DNA of 32,000 bases from the NCBI GenBank assembly GCA_042852035.1, contig BAAFHK010000001.1, forward strand, positions 120,001-152,000, written 5' to 3'. The stretch's first letter is position 1. Each line of letters begins with the position of its first letter. Position numbers and translations under genes: made by a program. The notes beneath the pieces were generated by a model. That model made no database searches and was not told where the DNA came from. It saw nothing but the letters and a program-made list of their open reading frames with translations. The stretch is from Candidatus Saccharimonadota bacterium. Its GTDB lineage: Bacteria; Patescibacteriota; Gracilibacteria; BD1-5; UBA2023. Below, piece after piece: positions 30,201 to 32,000 of the stretch.

Positions 30201-31046
30201 TTATATGACATTAGGGCTAGCGCTTTGATCGATTACGACTTTTTTTCCAGAGTTAAGGGGCTTTTTCTCAAGAGAATCCATTTTTACGTATCAGCTTACA
30301 TCCGGACCCGTATGAATAGTAAACTTGTAGTAACGAACCCCCTGAATCTCAATAACTTCTCAGGTAAGCCGTACGGCATTTCACTTTGAGAGATGTAGAG
30401 GGCTATCCTGCATTTTTAGAGTATCCCAGGTAAAATACCCAGAGTCAGACTTCAGAGTATATATTTGTCATTGTACTGTGGTATCGCGCATTTCTAGTGG
30501 CTTCGGTGCTGGAGCAGGGGAGTATTTTTTTAGAAATGCTTCTTCAAGTTTGCTTTGGGTCAGTGGTCAAAATGCGCCATCCACATCATCTCAGGTGAGT
30601 CCGAGTAATTCCTGGAGTTTTTTACAGTTTTCTACAGATTCTCTACTATAGATATCAGAATCATAGAATTTCTTGAATGCATTACGTATTCTCATTCATT
30701 CATCTCAGGATGGATGAATAATTTGTCCATCAGCAAAAATCGTAGTCGAACGTTTCTTGAAGGACATCATCTGCTCATGATTGTAGGCAAGTATTTTTGT
30801 ATCACTGTCATCGATAATGATCTTCGAAGGATTTTGGGCATCGAGTTTTATGACTTCGAGTTTTCCACGAGTATCCTCTTTAAGTGTTACGACTTCTTCA
30901 TCTGCCTTTTTCCTTGCATTAGCTCTCGCAATCGCTATTTCACGAACTTGTTCGCTCGAGAGATTATATCGAGACATATCGCCATATCCGACATTTTTTC
31001 TCTCCCCTGAGACGTACATACTAACATCAAATGCATTACGTGCCAT
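30201..31046 (-). CDS. protein with peptidoglycan-binding (PG_binding_1-like) repeat and SH3-like C-terminus
   Basis: 281 aa. It extends track ORF 30705-31046 through TGA. LQELLGLTGDDVDGAFGPLTQSKLEEAF matches the PG-binding helix pattern. C-terminal part is GEVIEIQGVRYYKFTIHTGPDVSGYVKMD. Its TAA stop is 1 nt before the protease ATG at 30199. Confidence 0.72.
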
Positions 31047-31169
31047 AGTATAATTGGTTATTTTATATATAATATATTATTTTCTTAGAAATGCAAGATA
31101 AGAATATTCCATAAAAAGTCATCATTTGTATTTCACTCTGATGAATTTTTTTAGAAGGAGAAGTGTCTC

Positions 31170-31637
31170 TTATTTCAATGTTTCGATTATATGATTACAC
31201 GATTGGATATCACTTGTTTTTTCAGCTTCTCTCAGAGTACAAGCGACACTATATACATCACCTCATACTGTTTTCCATGCCTCTTTGTGGTAAAATTCAT
31301 TTTGTCAGAGAGTGGTTGTGTATTCGACATATTTTCCAGGAACCCCTCAGACATTTAGATTATTTATTGCTAAGGCTCATCTTGCCTTATAGTGTTCGAA
31401 TATTTCAGCATCAGTCTTTGGGGTAACTATTTTTTGTTTTCCGGCGACGATAATTGATTTCGTTTTTTCATTGAGAAAATTGACATATCATCCAGTTTCT
31501 TTGCCCGCTTTCCATGATGAGGGATACTCTAGTTCCATTCAGTTTGTTCCCGTATATTTCGTATAACCGCCAGATCCACATGAGGTGAGAAATAAAGAAA
31601 GAACCGAAAAGATACCGAGAGAGAGTATTGCCTTCAT
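31170..31637 (-). CDS. lipoprotein, hypothetical (155 aa)
   Basis: MKAILSLGIFSVLSLFLTSCGSGG contains a lipobox. TAA at 31170-31172. 7 in-frame TGA. Confidence 0.68.
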
Positions 31638-31703
31638 AGAAAAAAATAATTATAGAATAGGCGTAACAAATTCAGTATAGACAAAATCAAAACAGAAACA
31701 ATA

Positions 31704-32000
31704 TTATCCCCTCCAGCTTTTTCCGACAAGCTTCTCAGTAATATGAAATACCCATGCAAAACGATGACGGGGTTTCTTGCGAAAACAAAGGAGCCAAACT
31801 GCAAGATTTGATCCTGCGAGATAGAGTGGATAGATAAGGTCATGAAAGGTATAATTTTCTACCGCTATAAGTGAAAATATTCAGGAGAGCATCGCGAGGA
31901 ACCAAGCCCATTTGTCTTCCGTTTCGGGTTCTTTGTAGAGTTTTGTGAATATAGAAATAGCACCCATTGCATCGATAAGGGTATTCGTAAAAAGAACAAT
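31704..32000 (-). CDS. membrane protein, 5' end outside the window
   Basis: The minus frame is open from the window edge to TAA at 31704-31706. Hydrophobic segments WAWFLAMLSGIFSLIAV and LYLAGSNLAVWLLCF. Family not assigned. Confidence 0.5.

Noticed and set aside
1-32000. Reading the many in-frame TGA codons as pseudogenisation or frameshifts, or as UGA=Trp (code 4)
   Set aside because: TAA/TAG are completely absent from the same frames over hundreds of codons in AT-rich DNA. The TGA codons sit on invariant Gly positions (Walker A, GGTGLY, IGVASTKAF), not on Trp positions. TGG is still used for Trp.

Overview
This is a low-GC bacterial chromosome segment (about 35-40% GC by spot counts). In it, UGA is a glycine sense codon (translation table 25, the Gracilibacteria/Absconditabacteria type of CPR lineage). 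The supplied standard-code ORF track therefore fragments almost every gene. I re-read every frame by hand with only TAA/TAG as stops. That gives about 34 tightly packed CDS and one tRNA-Glu(CUC). The CDS include glmS, xthA, two large secreted proteins, a DsbA-like lipoprotein, a pilB-type ATPase coupled to a kinase-like ORF, tilS, rplK, a membrane desaturase and a THUMP methyltransferase. They also include an MBL-fold protein, murC, an MFS transporter, tsaC, aqpZ, miaA, an AI-2E permease, dnaX and a secreted S1-like protease next to a PG-binding protein. The outstanding anomaly is a ~2.5-kb GC-rich (~60%) two-gene cassette at 10733-13290, starting 44 nt downstream of the tRNA. Its two genes contain no in-frame TGA and are the only genes in the window that terminate with TGA, so they are written in the standard code. 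Each has its own SD and GC-rich terminator, and they share an AT-rich divergent control region. Their function is unknown. No rRNA, CRISPR array, integrase or transposase was seen. All protein-family calls rest on motifs I could read in the translations, not on database searches.
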